Shown here piece by piece: positions 41,953 through 53,049 of a DNA stretch of 64,000 nt. Numbering within the stretch: position 1 is the first letter of the stretch; each line of letters begins with the position of its first letter. Source of the stretch: Barthelona sp. PCE. Lineage: Eukaryota. The stretch spans positions 186,001 to 250,000 of the forward strand of contig JAUFOR010000005.1 in NCBI GenBank assembly GCA_040285745.1, given 5' to 3'. The translations under genes and the position numbers were made by a program. Under the pieces are notes generated by a model, which worked only from the letters and a program-made list of their open reading frames with translations, was not told where the DNA came from and did no database searches.

Positions 41953-43768
41953 TTAAAGATCAGAAGCCTTCCTCTTGCGATCCTTCTTAGGTGTCTTCTC
42001 CTTCTTCTTCTTCTTCTTCTTCTTCTTGGGAGTTTCACCATCGACTTCACCTTCCTTGTCCTTCTTCTTCTTTTTCTTCTTCTTCTTGGGTGTTTCACCT
42101 TCAACTTCGGCATCCTTATCCTTCTTTTTCTTCTTCTTCTTCTTTTTAGGAGTTTCAGCAATTGCTTCCATCTCATCTTCAGCCTTAGGTTCAGCCTTAG
42201 GTTCAGCCTTAGGTTCAGCCTTAGGTTCTTCCACAACAGGTACGGCTTCCATAACAAGATCTGCGTCTTCCTTATCAGAAACGACTTCAGTGGTAACCAT
42301 CTCAATCTCTTGTTCTTCTTCGTACTTCTGCAACTTGCGAATAACGTCCTTCATTACAACGTCAGCTTGACGAGGCTTCTTACCGGTGTTAAGGAAATCC
42401 ACACGATCCTGTGCGAGCTCAGCAAGGCCCTCACCGTAAATTCGGTTGGGTTTCTTAGCGAAGAAATCGTAGCGAGCAGCCTTAACGATCTGGTTAGCCA
42501 TGAAACGTGACATGCGCCCCTTATCCTTCTTGGAAACGGCAACAACATGAGGCTCGTTGTAGATGGTACCGTGCTTGGGAGTGGGACGCTTCTTCTTGAT
42601 AGCCTTGAAGAGAGCACCTTCAGCACCCAATATCTGTGCAGTGGAAGCAGGAAGTTTAGAAAGGTTACCGAGGGAACCAACCTTAGCAATCATACGAGCG
42701 CCTGTGAGCTCACCACCAACAGCAGAGATTGAAGGAGCAACTGTGTTCATCTTATCGCAGAGATACTCCTTATCGATATCCTTAAACGAGATGATGTCAA
42801 CGACAACCTCAGCAAACGTCATGCATGCCTCCAGGTCAACTTCGTTGTATGTGACACCCTTAGAAAAGGCAGCCTTCTGGTAAATATCCTCGACGACATC
42901 GTTGTCACCAACAATTGCGAGAATCTCGCTGAATCTTTCTTCGTTCTCCTTCTCTTCGACAAAGCGGGCACGGTCGTTGATAGCGAGCGTGAGCCTGGCG
43001 TACTGAAGAGGGTGTGTGACGATATCAGATAATTCAGGGAAACAGGCACCATACCACTCCTTGAGTCGCATAAGAGCTGTGTTGGTGTCCTTATCGAGCT
43101 GATCATATGATGAGATGGAATGAAGGATCATAGTTGATGAACGGTTAGGGTTGAATGACACAATAGAACGAGAATAACTGTGAGCAGAAGCAACATACGA
43201 TTCCTTCATAGATACTTTGTTGAGGTCACCCAGCAGCTTTCTGGAGTGAGTACGGAGACCACGCATGACCTGTAAAACAGATGAATCGGAACGTGTTCCG
43301 ATGTTAAAGTGCTCCGACAGTGTAAGCCCTATTTTTGAATCTTGGACCCCCAGAACATACTTCTTACGCTTCCTCTGAGCCTTTTCAAGTGGGAAAGCGG
43401 TTTCTATAAGAGATTGCAGTGCAGGAGTAACAGTAGTGCCGGATGCAAGAGCTTCGAGATTTTCCAATACTTCAGCAGGTGAGTTGAAAGGATAAAAGTG
43501 CTTGAGCTTGACTAATTCTGCGAAACGACCGATCTCATCACAAGCTTTCTGAAATTCTGGCAAATTATCGCTCAGTTCGTCAAAATTCTTGATCTCCCAA
43601 AGACTTAACCCCGAAGAGTTTTCAAAGAGTGCATATAAACGCTAAAAGTTAGTTAAAACATCGAGCAACACGTAACCTCTACATGACTTCCCCAAAGATT
43701 CAATTGCTTGTAGATCATAAGTACCTGAGCGCCAGGTAAGGTGGTTGTGCGAAAGTTTAATATACCAT
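41953..43768 (-). CDS. NOP56: Box C/D snoRNP protein NOP56 (exon 1 = ATG 43768-43766; exon 2 = 43641-41953)
   Basis: Spliced start M|RLYALFENSSG; HSYSR, DQLDKD.N..MRLKEWY..FPEL, PAST.QILGAE.ALF, TPKHG; KKE-rich tail. NOP58 not fully excluded. Confidence 0.88.
43642..43765 (-). other. 124-nt start-codon intron in NOP56
   Basis: ATG|GTATAT...ACTAACTTTTAG|CGT; frame matches exon 2. Confidence 0.85.
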
Positions 43769-43842
43769 TTGTTTAATAGAGTGAACTTAGAGAAAACAAG
43801 TTGTTTCAGTTCTTCTTCCCTTTTTTTACTTGCCCAGTCACA

Positions 43843-44283
43843 ATGAGTTCCGATTTAACAACCAGTCATTACTTTATTGTCTACTCAGCATACATGAATA
43901 AGGCAATTCCAGACATTGATGGTATAGCCATTCCTACACGACGAAAAAAGCACGGTAGGCGCCTTGCAATGAAGGATTGCATCATCATGCCAACAGCAGA
44001 AGAAATGGCAATTGCAAGCGAACAGTTGGGTTTCAATGCTATCGCTGAACCCGATAAAATCTATCCTAGAGGATACATGCAGGTGGGTAGGATTCGTGTA
44101 GAGTTGGCTGATAAGAATGGTAACTTTATTCATCCAGAAATCAGATCAACAACACAGCTTATGCGAGCAATCAAACCATTGATTAAAGTTCAACGTGATG
44201 AAATAGCCATCCAGAAGGCTGATGAGCGCCGTGCACGTGCCATTAAGAGAGAAAAGAAGCGTCAAAAGAAAAGGAGGCGTTAA
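43843..44283 (+). CDS. SRP19: Signal recognition particle protein SRP19
   Basis: IVYSAYMN, GRR, PT.EEM, E.DK.YPR..GRIRV.L. Confidence 0.88.
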   Translation: MSSDLTTSHYFIVYSAYMNKAIPDIDGIAIPTRRKKHGRRLAMKDCIIMPTAEEMAIASEQLGFNAIAEPDKIYPRGYMQVGRIRVELADKNGNFIHPEIRSTTQLMRAIKPLIKVQRDEIAIQKADERRARAIKREKKRQKKRRR

Positions 44284-44339
44284 AAAAAAGAAAAACTCAG
44301 TAAATAGCAACGATATTTATTAATTCATTTTATCCAATA

Positions 44340-45512
44340 TCACCACTGACATGTTGGCTCGTCTACCCATTCTCTGGGCGCAAATTCTTGAGTTGCGAAA
44401 TACAAATCATCTTCATCATCATCTTCCTCTTCTTCCTCTGAATCTGCTATAGATGGGATATTTGACGTTAAATTAAGAGCTTGTTGGGGTGGAGCAAGGT
44501 CTTCTGCAGTTATACAACCATTAAAAAATGCTCCAATAAAATCTTCCGCGCTATTGTTATACTTTGCCAATAACTCCACAAGAACCTCCTCTTCCACTTC
44601 CAATGATAAAGAAGAGCGAACAAACTGTATTGTATCTTCAGTTGGCTTCTCGATTGGTTCCTCTGTTAGTGACTGGAATGAAACTTTGACTTCTTGGGCT
44701 GCCTTCTGAGACGCTGAAAGCTCTGATACCAGTTCGTCCAGTAAAGGATGTGATGGAAACGCGTACTGCTGAGTCAAATCCGATAATATATTGCGATATT
44801 CAGGTGCTATCCTCACAAAATTAAGCAAAAAGATAATGAAACAGCTCAAAACCTCGGCTGATAACGATACTTTAATTGGAATCTCAAGAAACTTCGAAAA
44901 AGAAAGAAAGAATTCCTCACATTCAAGCATAGTAAGAAGCATTCGCTTCAAACTAGGTATTTCCTGGTCTTTGATGGGACTACATGCTCCCAATAGCTGT
45001 CCTAGGTAATAAAAGCTGAAAAATAATGATGAATCAAGCATTGAGGGAGAGATCTGTAACTGCTTCTCTTCAAATTGAAATATACGACAATACGCATTCA
45101 ACAGAAGGTTTACCGCCACACAGTGTAGCGTATGAATATTTGTGCGCTCCTTACTACCCTTCACAGCAAAAATATAATTTTTTGGACACATTTGTAAGAA
45201 AGTAAGTGCTGAATTTCGAAATGATGTGTCAAAAAGAAATGTTGACACAAAGAGGTGAAAGTCTAACTCAAGCAACCGCCTTAAACTAGCCACAAATCTG
45301 ATGTAAAAATCTATTGTTAGATTACTAGGCACCGGCCAGTCAAGCTTCTGTCTGAATTGAAGGCCGATTCGTGCCTTGCGCAATTTGGCCGTTTTATGAT
45401 CAACAAATGGAAGATCAATGTCGTTTAAGAAATACTGATCCAAACTTAGGGCCCTGTTCATCTCAATAGCCTGTTGCTGTCGCAATCGTGCTATTCTCTC
45501 TGTTACTGCCAT
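44340..45512 (-). CDS. ASCC2-like protein (possible degenerate CUE domain)
   Basis: LLELDFHLFVSTFLFDTSFRNSALTFLQMCPK resembles the ASCC2 N-domain; LLAKYNNSAEDFI is CUE-like; acidic tail. Confidence 0.5.
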   Translation of the reverse strand: MAVTERIARLRQQQAIEMNRALSLDQYFLNDIDLPFVDHKTAKLRKARIGLQFRQKLDWPVPSNLTIDFYIRFVASLRRLLELDFHLFVSTFLFDTSFRNSALTFLQMCPKNYIFAVKGSKERTNIHTLHCVAVNLLLNAYCRIFQFEEKQLQISPSMLDSSLFFSFYYLGQLLGACSPIKDQEIPSLKRMLLTMLECEEFFLSFSKFLEIPIKVSLSAEVLSCFIIFLLNFVRIAPEYRNILSDLTQQYAFPSHPLLDELVSELSASQKAAQEVKVSFQSLTEEPIEKPTEDTIQFVRSSLSLEVEEEVLVELLAKYNNSAEDFIGAFFNGCITAEDLAPPQQALNLTSNIPSIADSEEEEEDDDEDDLYFATQEFAPREWVDEPTCQW

Positions 45513-46172
45513 TTGCAAGTCTTCAAATATGAAATGAGTGTTTATAAGTAAAACAGAAGCCACTAGTTTGGGATCTTTACATACCTGTCAATTTCATTAT
45601 TTAATCCCATGGCTAAAATAATTAGTGTGTGAAATATGACTGGAAAAAATATTAGAATTGGAAAATAACAATATTATTTCATTTCATGCTGGATAGATAA
45701 TTCACAAGCACTAAAAGCTTCTAAGACACGTTATATTATGAAAGAAATTCAATAACAGATACTGAAGAGCTAAACAATAAAGCAGGTTAGTATTGTAGCT
45801 TTGAAAACACTATTTCATACATAATTAGGCTGTGTTACAATAATATATTAACCACAGTATTTTATAATAATACATTAAGCTTTCATAAACACAATATGCG
45901 ATTTCTTCTCTATCTACTAGTATATGCACAATATTTTTGTTGGTGATGGGTATTTTATCTTCACCAAATGATAAAAATCTTGAAAAACATACATATGTGC
46001 TGTATTTCAATCCTTCATTAGAGCAGGTGAATTAGCAATCTTTTTTCAATAATATGTTTTTCACACAGTGATATTCACTTCACTTATTAGTCGATTGTTG
46101 TAGGTAAAAACCCCAAGAATAGACAAAAATGTGTTTTGCCATTTATATCCTCTTACTCCACTGTATTTATCA

Positions 46173-46766
46173 ATGGAATCGGTTCAGAAATATTCCTACG
46201 CCATGGTGTGTTCATCCAACATGAACAGATCAATGGCAGCACACAAAATATTAATTTCAGCAGATGAGCAATTTGATTGCCGTTCATACGGAACTGGTGA
46301 TGTAGTAAGGCTTCCACATAGAAATCCACGCCAGACAAACGATTTTAAATTTAACGTAGCTTATCAGACAATGCACGACAAATTGAGCGAAAGTAATCAC
46401 CGTGTGTACACTGAAATGGGTGTTCTTGGTATGCTAGAGCGTAACGCGTCAATCAAGAGCCACCCTGAGCGGTTTACAGACCTATCTAATCACGTTGATT
46501 TCATCATCTGCTTCCAGCCCAAAGTCTTTGATCAGGTACTCGAGGATTTACGTAGAAAGGGAATCGTTCATGGTGGGAAGATGTCTTATGTCATCAATTT
46601 TGACACAATTGATAGCCTAGATAATGCAGAACAATCAGCAAAGTATGTATACGAGTTTGTGAAGAAGCTAGAAGGTCTGAACGATTTAAGTGAACTAAGT
46701 GAGGTAATCGAGGACTTCCAATTGAACATACCAATAGAAATGATGTGGACAGTTACCATCGTGTAG
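46173..46766 (+). CDS. SSU72: RNA polymerase II CTD phosphatase Ssu72
   Basis: VCSSNMNRSMAAH, SYGTG..VRLP, MLERN..IK..PERF. Confidence 0.95.
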   Translation: MESVQKYSYAMVCSSNMNRSMAAHKILISADEQFDCRSYGTGDVVRLPHRNPRQTNDFKFNVAYQTMHDKLSESNHRVYTEMGVLGMLERNASIKSHPERFTDLSNHVDFIICFQPKVFDQVLEDLRRKGIVHGGKMSYVINFDTIDSLDNAEQSAKYVYEFVKKLEGLNDLSELSEVIEDFQLNIPIEMMWTVTIV

Positions 46767-46929
46767 AAAACGAAACTTTTCTTCCATTTCAATCCTAAAC
46801 TGTCGATATCTGGATAAATAGTCATAAAGCGGAAAAGCACACACTAAGCGATCATACAAATATGCAAATGTGTTATTGGCAGATGTAAACAATTTTTCTT
46901 GTTATTTCAAGTATTTTTGACTTTAAAAT

Positions 46930-48474
46930 ATGCCAAAAGTCACAGCACAAGTCAATAAACTCAACTGGACCCCTGATATTTTACCTGAAAGCACTTTGCT
47001 GGGCAAGTTTTCTTTCGGGTACGTTCAGCGTGTAACTGATGATGAGGTGTGTTATGATGTACCCCAGATCATCCCTATTCAAACTAAGACGCACTTTCAT
47101 GGTTCATACAACATAAAACGCATTTGTGGTGTTGAGAATCGCTTTATGTCTGTCACACAACCTTTGAAACACATGATCATGTTAGACGAGGAGGGAAACG
47201 ACTGTTCAGATGTTTTCATGTTATCAGAACCTAGTGAAGGTGTTTTTTATGATGATATTTTTGTACTTAACCCTTTTCATGGATTTGTTTTCCACGATGA
47301 GAACGTCTCCAAATTTGAAATTAAAGGTACAACCATCACGCTCACGCCTTACGATTTGACCCCTGAGGACCTTGTCTTTCTTCTTAATGGAGAAATGTTC
47401 TTCAAAGGTACAGATTCGTTTTCGTACGATTGCGAAAATTTTTCCTTTGAAATGAATGAATTGATTCATATACCGGAGCCAGGAACCAAAGGTGCACCTA
47501 TTCCACTCGCTAACATTAACTGTTACCTTGCTACCGATTTTAACCCACTTGAAAAGTTTCCTCTCATAAAGGAATTCGTTTTGTTGTATAATGATAGCGA
47601 AACAAAAGAGTTTGTTGTTCACGATCTGCTGCACCACCACCCTTCGTTTACTGAATTCCTTGAAGAAAACAGACAGCTCATTGATCTTAAACAGGTGAAT
47701 TTATTGGAGCTCAATGTCTACGCATCGACTGTACGTTTGATGTTCAATCTTTCCGATAAAAGCACCCTTGTCTTGAATATGATGCATGATATTATTGAGA
47801 TCCAGAGATTTGAAGAGGTGTTCTTTGTTTACACCAACCAATTAATGGCTAGTAATGTTTCGCTTCTTAAAGATCTCAAATTTTATACCGTAAACAAGAG
47901 TAAGAACGAAATGAACATATATGACGCAAGCGTGTACCACGTGCAAGGTCCTGTATTGCGAGATTTGACGAATTTCTATAGTGTGCATGATGGTATTGTT
48001 TATCTAACTGAGTATGGTCTCTTTTACTTATCCTTCGGGTCCAAAACAGTCCATTACCACCGCCACCCATGCTATAAATTCCATGACGGTGCTGTAGCCG
48101 AACCTAACAGCATGTTTTGTATGTTCAATCATTGTGATTTCAAGTATGCTCGTTTCGAAATGTATCGAGGTAATTGCACTGGTAGACAGCTTGACGGCAT
48201 GGTGCAGTGGCGCAGCAGGCCCAGGACACATAAAGCTCTCCAAGAAGCATTGAATGAGTTGGAGTACGAATATTCATTCAGAACGGGCCGTCTTGAGAAT
48301 CCAACATTTTCTGTGAACAGCGAGACTGGTGATGTTTCAATGTATAATTATGACGGAAACGGAGCTATTCGTGAGATAAGATGGAATTCAATATCAGGAA
48401 ATGCAAGTGAAAATGTCATTGTCCTTAAAGATTTCTTTGCAACCTGCCAATGGAACGATATTGAGTTACTTTAA
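46930..48474 (+). CDS. MP[RK]-family-like hypothetical protein
   Basis: MPKVTAQ start; C-terminal VIVLKDFFATCQW matches the family motif; otherwise highly diverged. Confidence 0.7.
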   Translation: MPKVTAQVNKLNWTPDILPESTLLGKFSFGYVQRVTDDEVCYDVPQIIPIQTKTHFHGSYNIKRICGVENRFMSVTQPLKHMIMLDEEGNDCSDVFMLSEPSEGVFYDDIFVLNPFHGFVFHDENVSKFEIKGTTITLTPYDLTPEDLVFLLNGEMFFKGTDSFSYDCENFSFEMNELIHIPEPGTKGAPIPLANINCYLATDFNPLEKFPLIKEFVLLYNDSETKEFVVHDLLHHHPSFTEFLEENRQLIDLKQVNLLELNVYASTVRLMFNLSDKSTLVLNMMHDIIEIQRFEEVFFVYTNQLMASNVSLLKDLKFYTVNKSKNEMNIYDASVYHVQGPVLRDLTNFYSVHDGIVYLTEYGLFYLSFGSKTVHYHRHPCYKFHDGAVAEPNSMFCMFNHCDFKYARFEMYRGNCTGRQLDGMVQWRSRPRTHKALQEALNELEYEYSFRTGRLENPTFSVNSETGDVSMYNYDGNGAIREIRWNSISGNASENVIVLKDFFATCQWNDIELL

Positions 48475-48492
48475 TATGAGATGTAGAAAACG

Positions 48493-50400
48493 TCACTTGT
48501 ATTTTTCAAAAGAGTTGAAGACTGAAACTTTGCAGTTCAAGAGGAAACGACGTATATCTATTGTTCTTTCAACGTCAGTAAATGTTCTATAATTTGAATT
48601 AAACATTAATATGTTCATTTTAACATTAAAATCAGTCATTTCTCTATGACAAGTGACCAAGACCCCAGGTTGTGGTGAAACAACAGTAAATTTTGTATTC
48701 TTCCCAACATGGGTACAGTTGTGATATGTTTTTGGTATTTCAACAGCAAATTGATCATTATTACAGTCAAAAAAATGTAAACTTCCATTGATAACAATTG
48801 CTCCCCGACCAACAAACATTGGAACGTGTTGACCCTCCTTTCTGAACTCAATAAGCTCAATGAAAGACTTTAAACCGTAATCGAAACGCATATATACTCG
48901 ATTTTGTCCAAGGCTTATCATAATCTCCTCCTGGCAATATGGATTGCACATGATCCTGAATATTCTCCCATTGACGTTGAACGATTCGAATATCTTAACT
49001 ATCCCTTCGTCATCCAATATAACAACCGAGAAATTGTTGTTGTTAAAGAAAAAAACAAAATTTCCGTTCAACTGTATGGCTTGTAAAATGCTCATATCCA
49101 TACTTACAATATATGCATCGTTGACAAATAATCTATATTTAGCTTCGCCTTCTTCATCAATATTGGGCTTCACATCAACCATAAACTTACAGTTGCACTT
49201 CTGAAATCCACCCTTTGGAAAGCATCTAAATTGCGAATCGCCCCAGTAGAGAAACTTTGAAACAGGTGACTCAACAACATAACAATTCAGCCACCTCCCA
49301 ATGCTACAGTCATAAAAATGGTCTACCCTCTTCAAAACACATCCTTTATACTTATTTGTTGGAATAAAAAACGTAACAGTACCCGTGTAAAAGTCCCACA
49401 GGGCACTGTTGGCTTCGAATTTAATGAAATTCAGCTTTTGCTGTAAGAAATTCAAGTATCTCCTCGAAGTACACGTTGTGTTTTCAATTGAAAACATGCC
49501 ACGTATATTATGTCTCATAAGAGGATAAAACAACGTCATACCATTAATATGGTCCATAGAATATATTTTGTTATTCAACTGCACAAAATTCCACTGTTTG
49601 CAACAAATCCCATTGTTAAACACAGGCATGCTGGCCATTTCGCACACATGAACTCCCTCAACCCTCACAACTGACTTGTAACACTTTTTGTAAAACTCAA
49701 TTTCTCTTCTGACCAGTTCACTAGATTGATAGAAAAACTTATCTCCGCTGCGAAATATCACCCTGTTATCACCAGGTGTCTTATCCAGGGAATGAAAAGA
49801 CTGTCCCATAAGAGGGTGATCATCTTCTAAAAAAGGGATGCAATCATCATCGAAAGAGAGGATATGGTGAATCTGTTTCGCGTTTGAATGGATTAAGTAG
49901 GTTAAGTTATCCTGTACAAGTAATGAATACACCTGATACCTACCGTAGTGAACTAATCTATCATAAAGCTGTAGTTCATACACCTGTCTCAATTCCATAT
50001 CAAATAAGCTCACAAAACCAGCCCCGCTTCCAAATATCCAATATCTCCTATTCAGAAGGTGCCCATCCATCAACTCATCGTCTTCGAATAAAAACTGATT
50101 GATGCAAGAAAACTCACCGTCATTAAACTCAAAAACTTCCACCCCAAATACAACGTCATCAAACTTCTCATAGCGATAAAATACACTTGGTTCCTGTATT
50201 GATGCCTGCAAGTTAGATGTTTCACAGTCTATATCATTGGGCAAACTGCTATCCGGACCAGCTACAATCCCATCATCACATTTAGTGACTATTTGAAACA
50301 AATTCTGGTTCAAAGAATCATCTGTGCTGAACATTACCAACCAGTCGCCGAATAAACTGTAGGAAATATCATCTCCGTGATGTTTAATCAGCCTTGGCAT
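48493..50400 (-). CDS. MP[RK]-family hypothetical protein
   Basis: MPRLIKH; EVFEFNDGEF, LLNRRY, DKTPGDN, CNPYC, SPQPGV, IDIRRFLLNC. Confidence 0.8.
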   Translation of the reverse strand: MPRLIKHHGDDISYSLFGDWLVMFSTDDSLNQNLFQIVTKCDDGIVAGPDSSLPNDIDCETSNLQASIQEPSVFYRYEKFDDVVFGVEVFEFNDGEFSCINQFLFEDDELMDGHLLNRRYWIFGSGAGFVSLFDMELRQVYELQLYDRLVHYGRYQVYSLLVQDNLTYLIHSNAKQIHHILSFDDDCIPFLEDDHPLMGQSFHSLDKTPGDNRVIFRSGDKFFYQSSELVRREIEFYKKCYKSVVRVEGVHVCEMASMPVFNNGICCKQWNFVQLNNKIYSMDHINGMTLFYPLMRHNIRGMFSIENTTCTSRRYLNFLQQKLNFIKFEANSALWDFYTGTVTFFIPTNKYKGCVLKRVDHFYDCSIGRWLNCYVVESPVSKFLYWGDSQFRCFPKGGFQKCNCKFMVDVKPNIDEEGEAKYRLFVNDAYIVSMDMSILQAIQLNGNFVFFFNNNNFSVVILDDEGIVKIFESFNVNGRIFRIMCNPYCQEEIMISLGQNRVYMRFDYGLKSFIELIEFRKEGQHVPMFVGRGAIVINGSLHFFDCNNDQFAVEIPKTYHNCTHVGKNTKFTVVSPQPGVLVTCHREMTDFNVKMNILMFNSNYRTFTDVERTIDIRRFLLNCKVSVFNSFEKYK

Positions 50401-50625
50401 AAAACAATCCTTTATAATATATGCAGATAATCTCCCTTAAATTCAAATCTAACGTTTTTCAACTGAAAATTACCCCTAAAATAATCGTGAAAAAGAAAAA
50501 ACACCAATGTTCCACTTTTTTACCTAACCTGACCATCTGCAATTCACAAGTATATATAGACAAACTAATTGATCAACATTATAATGTCAAAGAGTTGCTT
50601 TTCCAAAATACCTCCTTTCTATCAC

Positions 50626-52458
50626 ATGCCAAGAGTGACATCTTTGCAGACGAGTTATGGTCATATTTTTCCTATTACTGGGGGCAAAAGAATTGTTTTG
50701 AGCAATCATGAACCGATCAAGAAAAGAATTGCAATAAATCTGGGAGGTGCACTTGATGTTCCAAAAGACTTGGTGAAATCACTCACATGGACTTCCCTAT
50801 GCAATGAATATTACAGTAGAGGACAAGAACATTTCAATTTTCACTCAATTTCATATAATGGAGCTGTAGAAACAACTCCATGCGAGTATCCAATCCATGA
50901 ATGGGATTTATACTGCCCTGGGTTTACTAGAAATAGATTAGAGATAAGTGGAATGATTTTTTTTGACCAAAAAAATGAGACAGCCTTTGAGCCATTTCCC
51001 GAGCTTTCTAATCGTGATAATATGTACAACTATTCCAATTTTCTGTTTAGTTATACAGATGATATGTTAACGGTCGCCTTTTGTGATCCAAACTCAAAGC
51101 AGATTGGAAAACAGGTTTTTCCTGATATCTCACGGTTAGAGTTTCATAGTCGCCTATGCAACTGTCCATGCACTGATATATGGAGCGTAAATGGCAAAAC
51201 ATACCGTGCAGAGTTGGTGAACGGAATTATTGAACTGGATTTGATTCATAATAAGTCACTCCCAAGCAACGCTGATTCGTGTTATTATGACGGTTCAGGT
51301 TATTATTTCTCTGCCTTTGGGCAAGGAGTGTTTGCTCTAGTAGATGGTTCCATTATATTTGACATTGGAAGCAACAATGTGTTGGATTTCATAGGCACTA
51401 GTGAAGGAAATGTACTATGTCGTACGAAAGATCATTGTTTGCACCAGTTTTCTGTTGAATTTGTTACAGAACCAATGTTTGAACTGGCTGTTAATGAGAA
51501 ATTGAACTGCACATGTCATACTCCAGTTTTACACATTGATATGTTCGATACAAAGGTTCTTCTTGACATTTTTGGTTCTGGGGACACATTTTATCTTATA
51601 TATAAATATCAAGGAAAAATGAACACAATCCACACCGCTAGTGTTGATGATGAAGGTGTTCTACCATCAATTTTTATGTATAGGGAGGAAAGTGGAATAT
51701 ACTATGTTACAGACAGCCACTTTAATCAATTATACAAAGTATCTTCCATTATTGATTGGACAATTTGTGAATTTTCGACAGAACGAGCAGTATGGGTAAA
51801 CAATAATAGACTGTATATGTCGAACAAGTCAGATGAAAAAATTCTAATAATGGAATCAGATGATGATAACATTGAAGATGTCCAATTAGTTAACGATGTA
51901 GTATGGTTGTTCACAGACTCAAGCAAAATATATTTCATTGAGATTAATAGTAATAATTTCGCAACCCTTGAGTTAGAATTAGACTGGTGGTGTAGCACTG
52001 TTAATTGTTTTAATAGTAATATAAATATTTCAGAGGTAGCAGTAGTTGATGAGTTTGGATTGGATATGGATGATGAGGTGCTTAAGGTGATATTTTACAA
52101 AGACAATTCACTTCATGTATGTGATTGGAACTATGATAATACGAGGGGAAATATATTATTTTTAAACGAAAACACGTGGATTGTTGACAATTTTTTGTTT
52201 AAATTTGATTTTGAATCTGAAACTGTCATTCAAATAGGAACTATCTACATAGGTGTTGAACGCTATACTCAATTTATACTGCGAAAAAATGTTCTTTGCA
52301 CACTTCAACCCGAAACAAGAGATTACAGCATCTTCTATCGTACGTTTGAATGGATTCCGTCATCAGAGGATTTTGTTGTTAAGGATAATTTTATAAATCT
52401 GTTGGAGTTTTTCAAAAATGCAAAGCACGCCCATTATGATACCTACATCCATGTTTGA
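50626..52458 (+). CDS. MP[RK]-family hypothetical protein
   Basis: ATG at 50626 (MPRVTSL); C-terminal INLLEFFKNA. Confidence 0.75.
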   Translation: MPRVTSLQTSYGHIFPITGGKRIVLSNHEPIKKRIAINLGGALDVPKDLVKSLTWTSLCNEYYSRGQEHFNFHSISYNGAVETTPCEYPIHEWDLYCPGFTRNRLEISGMIFFDQKNETAFEPFPELSNRDNMYNYSNFLFSYTDDMLTVAFCDPNSKQIGKQVFPDISRLEFHSRLCNCPCTDIWSVNGKTYRAELVNGIIELDLIHNKSLPSNADSCYYDGSGYYFSAFGQGVFALVDGSIIFDIGSNNVLDFIGTSEGNVLCRTKDHCLHQFSVEFVTEPMFELAVNEKLNCTCHTPVLHIDMFDTKVLLDIFGSGDTFYLIYKYQGKMNTIHTASVDDEGVLPSIFMYREESGIYYVTDSHFNQLYKVSSIIDWTICEFSTERAVWVNNNRLYMSNKSDEKILIMESDDDNIEDVQLVNDVVWLFTDSSKIYFIEINSNNFATLELELDWWCSTVNCFNSNINISEVAVVDEFGLDMDDEVLKVIFYKDNSLHVCDWNYDNTRGNILFLNENTWIVDNFLFKFDFESETVIQIGTIYIGVERYTQFILRKNVLCTLQPETRDYSIFYRTFEWIPSSEDFVVKDNFINLLEFFKNAKHAHYDTYIHV

Positions 52459-52527
52459 CTAAATCACAGCTTGATCCGATATTGAAACACGCATGCTTTG
52501 CAACGTTGGGGTAAGTTCCTAAGATCG

Positions 52528-52822
52528 TGACTTCACAAGGGCTGAGATCTCTCGATACATGCATGTTTACTGACAGATATCCAGTTGGATGGCGTGAATA
52601 ACTTCCTAAGCTCGAGGTCGGGTAATTGAGTTCCCACCCCATAAAAAATAGTAAAAAAGAGAAATCCGGAATGTACGATAAAGGACGTAATTCGGACAGC
52701 ACATTCATGAGTCACAGATTCACTCTGCCATGAGTTCCGTCAACCACATGCTTCCATCATTCAACAACTCTGCCATGAGTTCCGTCAACCACATGCTTCC
52801 ATCATTCAACATTCAACAAAAA
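52528..52822 (-). repeat. Single inverted copy of the 295-bp repeat unit
   Basis: Reverse complement of the unit arrayed at 57102-59764; carries the CCCTTGTG variant of the last array unit. Confidence 0.95.
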
Positions 52823-52976
52823 AATATACCTGGACGAGGAATCGAACCTAGAATAAGTGGATTCATTAGAAAAAGGTGGAATTTTCTGCTATGAGTCTTT
52901 TCGAGAGGAGAAATTCTCCTTTAAAAACTAGGTACAGGTACTTTTAATAGTAAGTTTAATAAGTAATTATTAAAAA

Positions 52977-53049
52977 CTTCCCCACGGGGAATCGAACCCC
53001 GGTCTCCAGAGTGAGAATCTGGGATCATAAACCACTAAACGATGGAGAA
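52977..53049 (-). tRNA. tRNA-Glu (anticodon CTC)
   Basis: Reverse complement identical to 56875-56947. Confidence 0.93.

Noticed and set aside
41975-42370. Poly-Phe + strand ORF and TTC/12-bp repeats
   Set aside because: Antisense of the NOP56 KKE/PKAE tail, a normal feature of this family.
43640-43742. Bona fide U1 snRNA gene
   Set aside because: CTTACCTGG and a GATCTACAAG loop-like stretch are present, but there is no clear U1A loop, Sm site or 3' stem, and it lies inside the NOP56 intron; kept only as a structured-intron finding.
2430-44310. Giardia-like [AT]GTAAA poly(A) signal
   Set aside because: Present after several stops, but others have AATAAA; too frequent in AT-rich DNA to call by eye.
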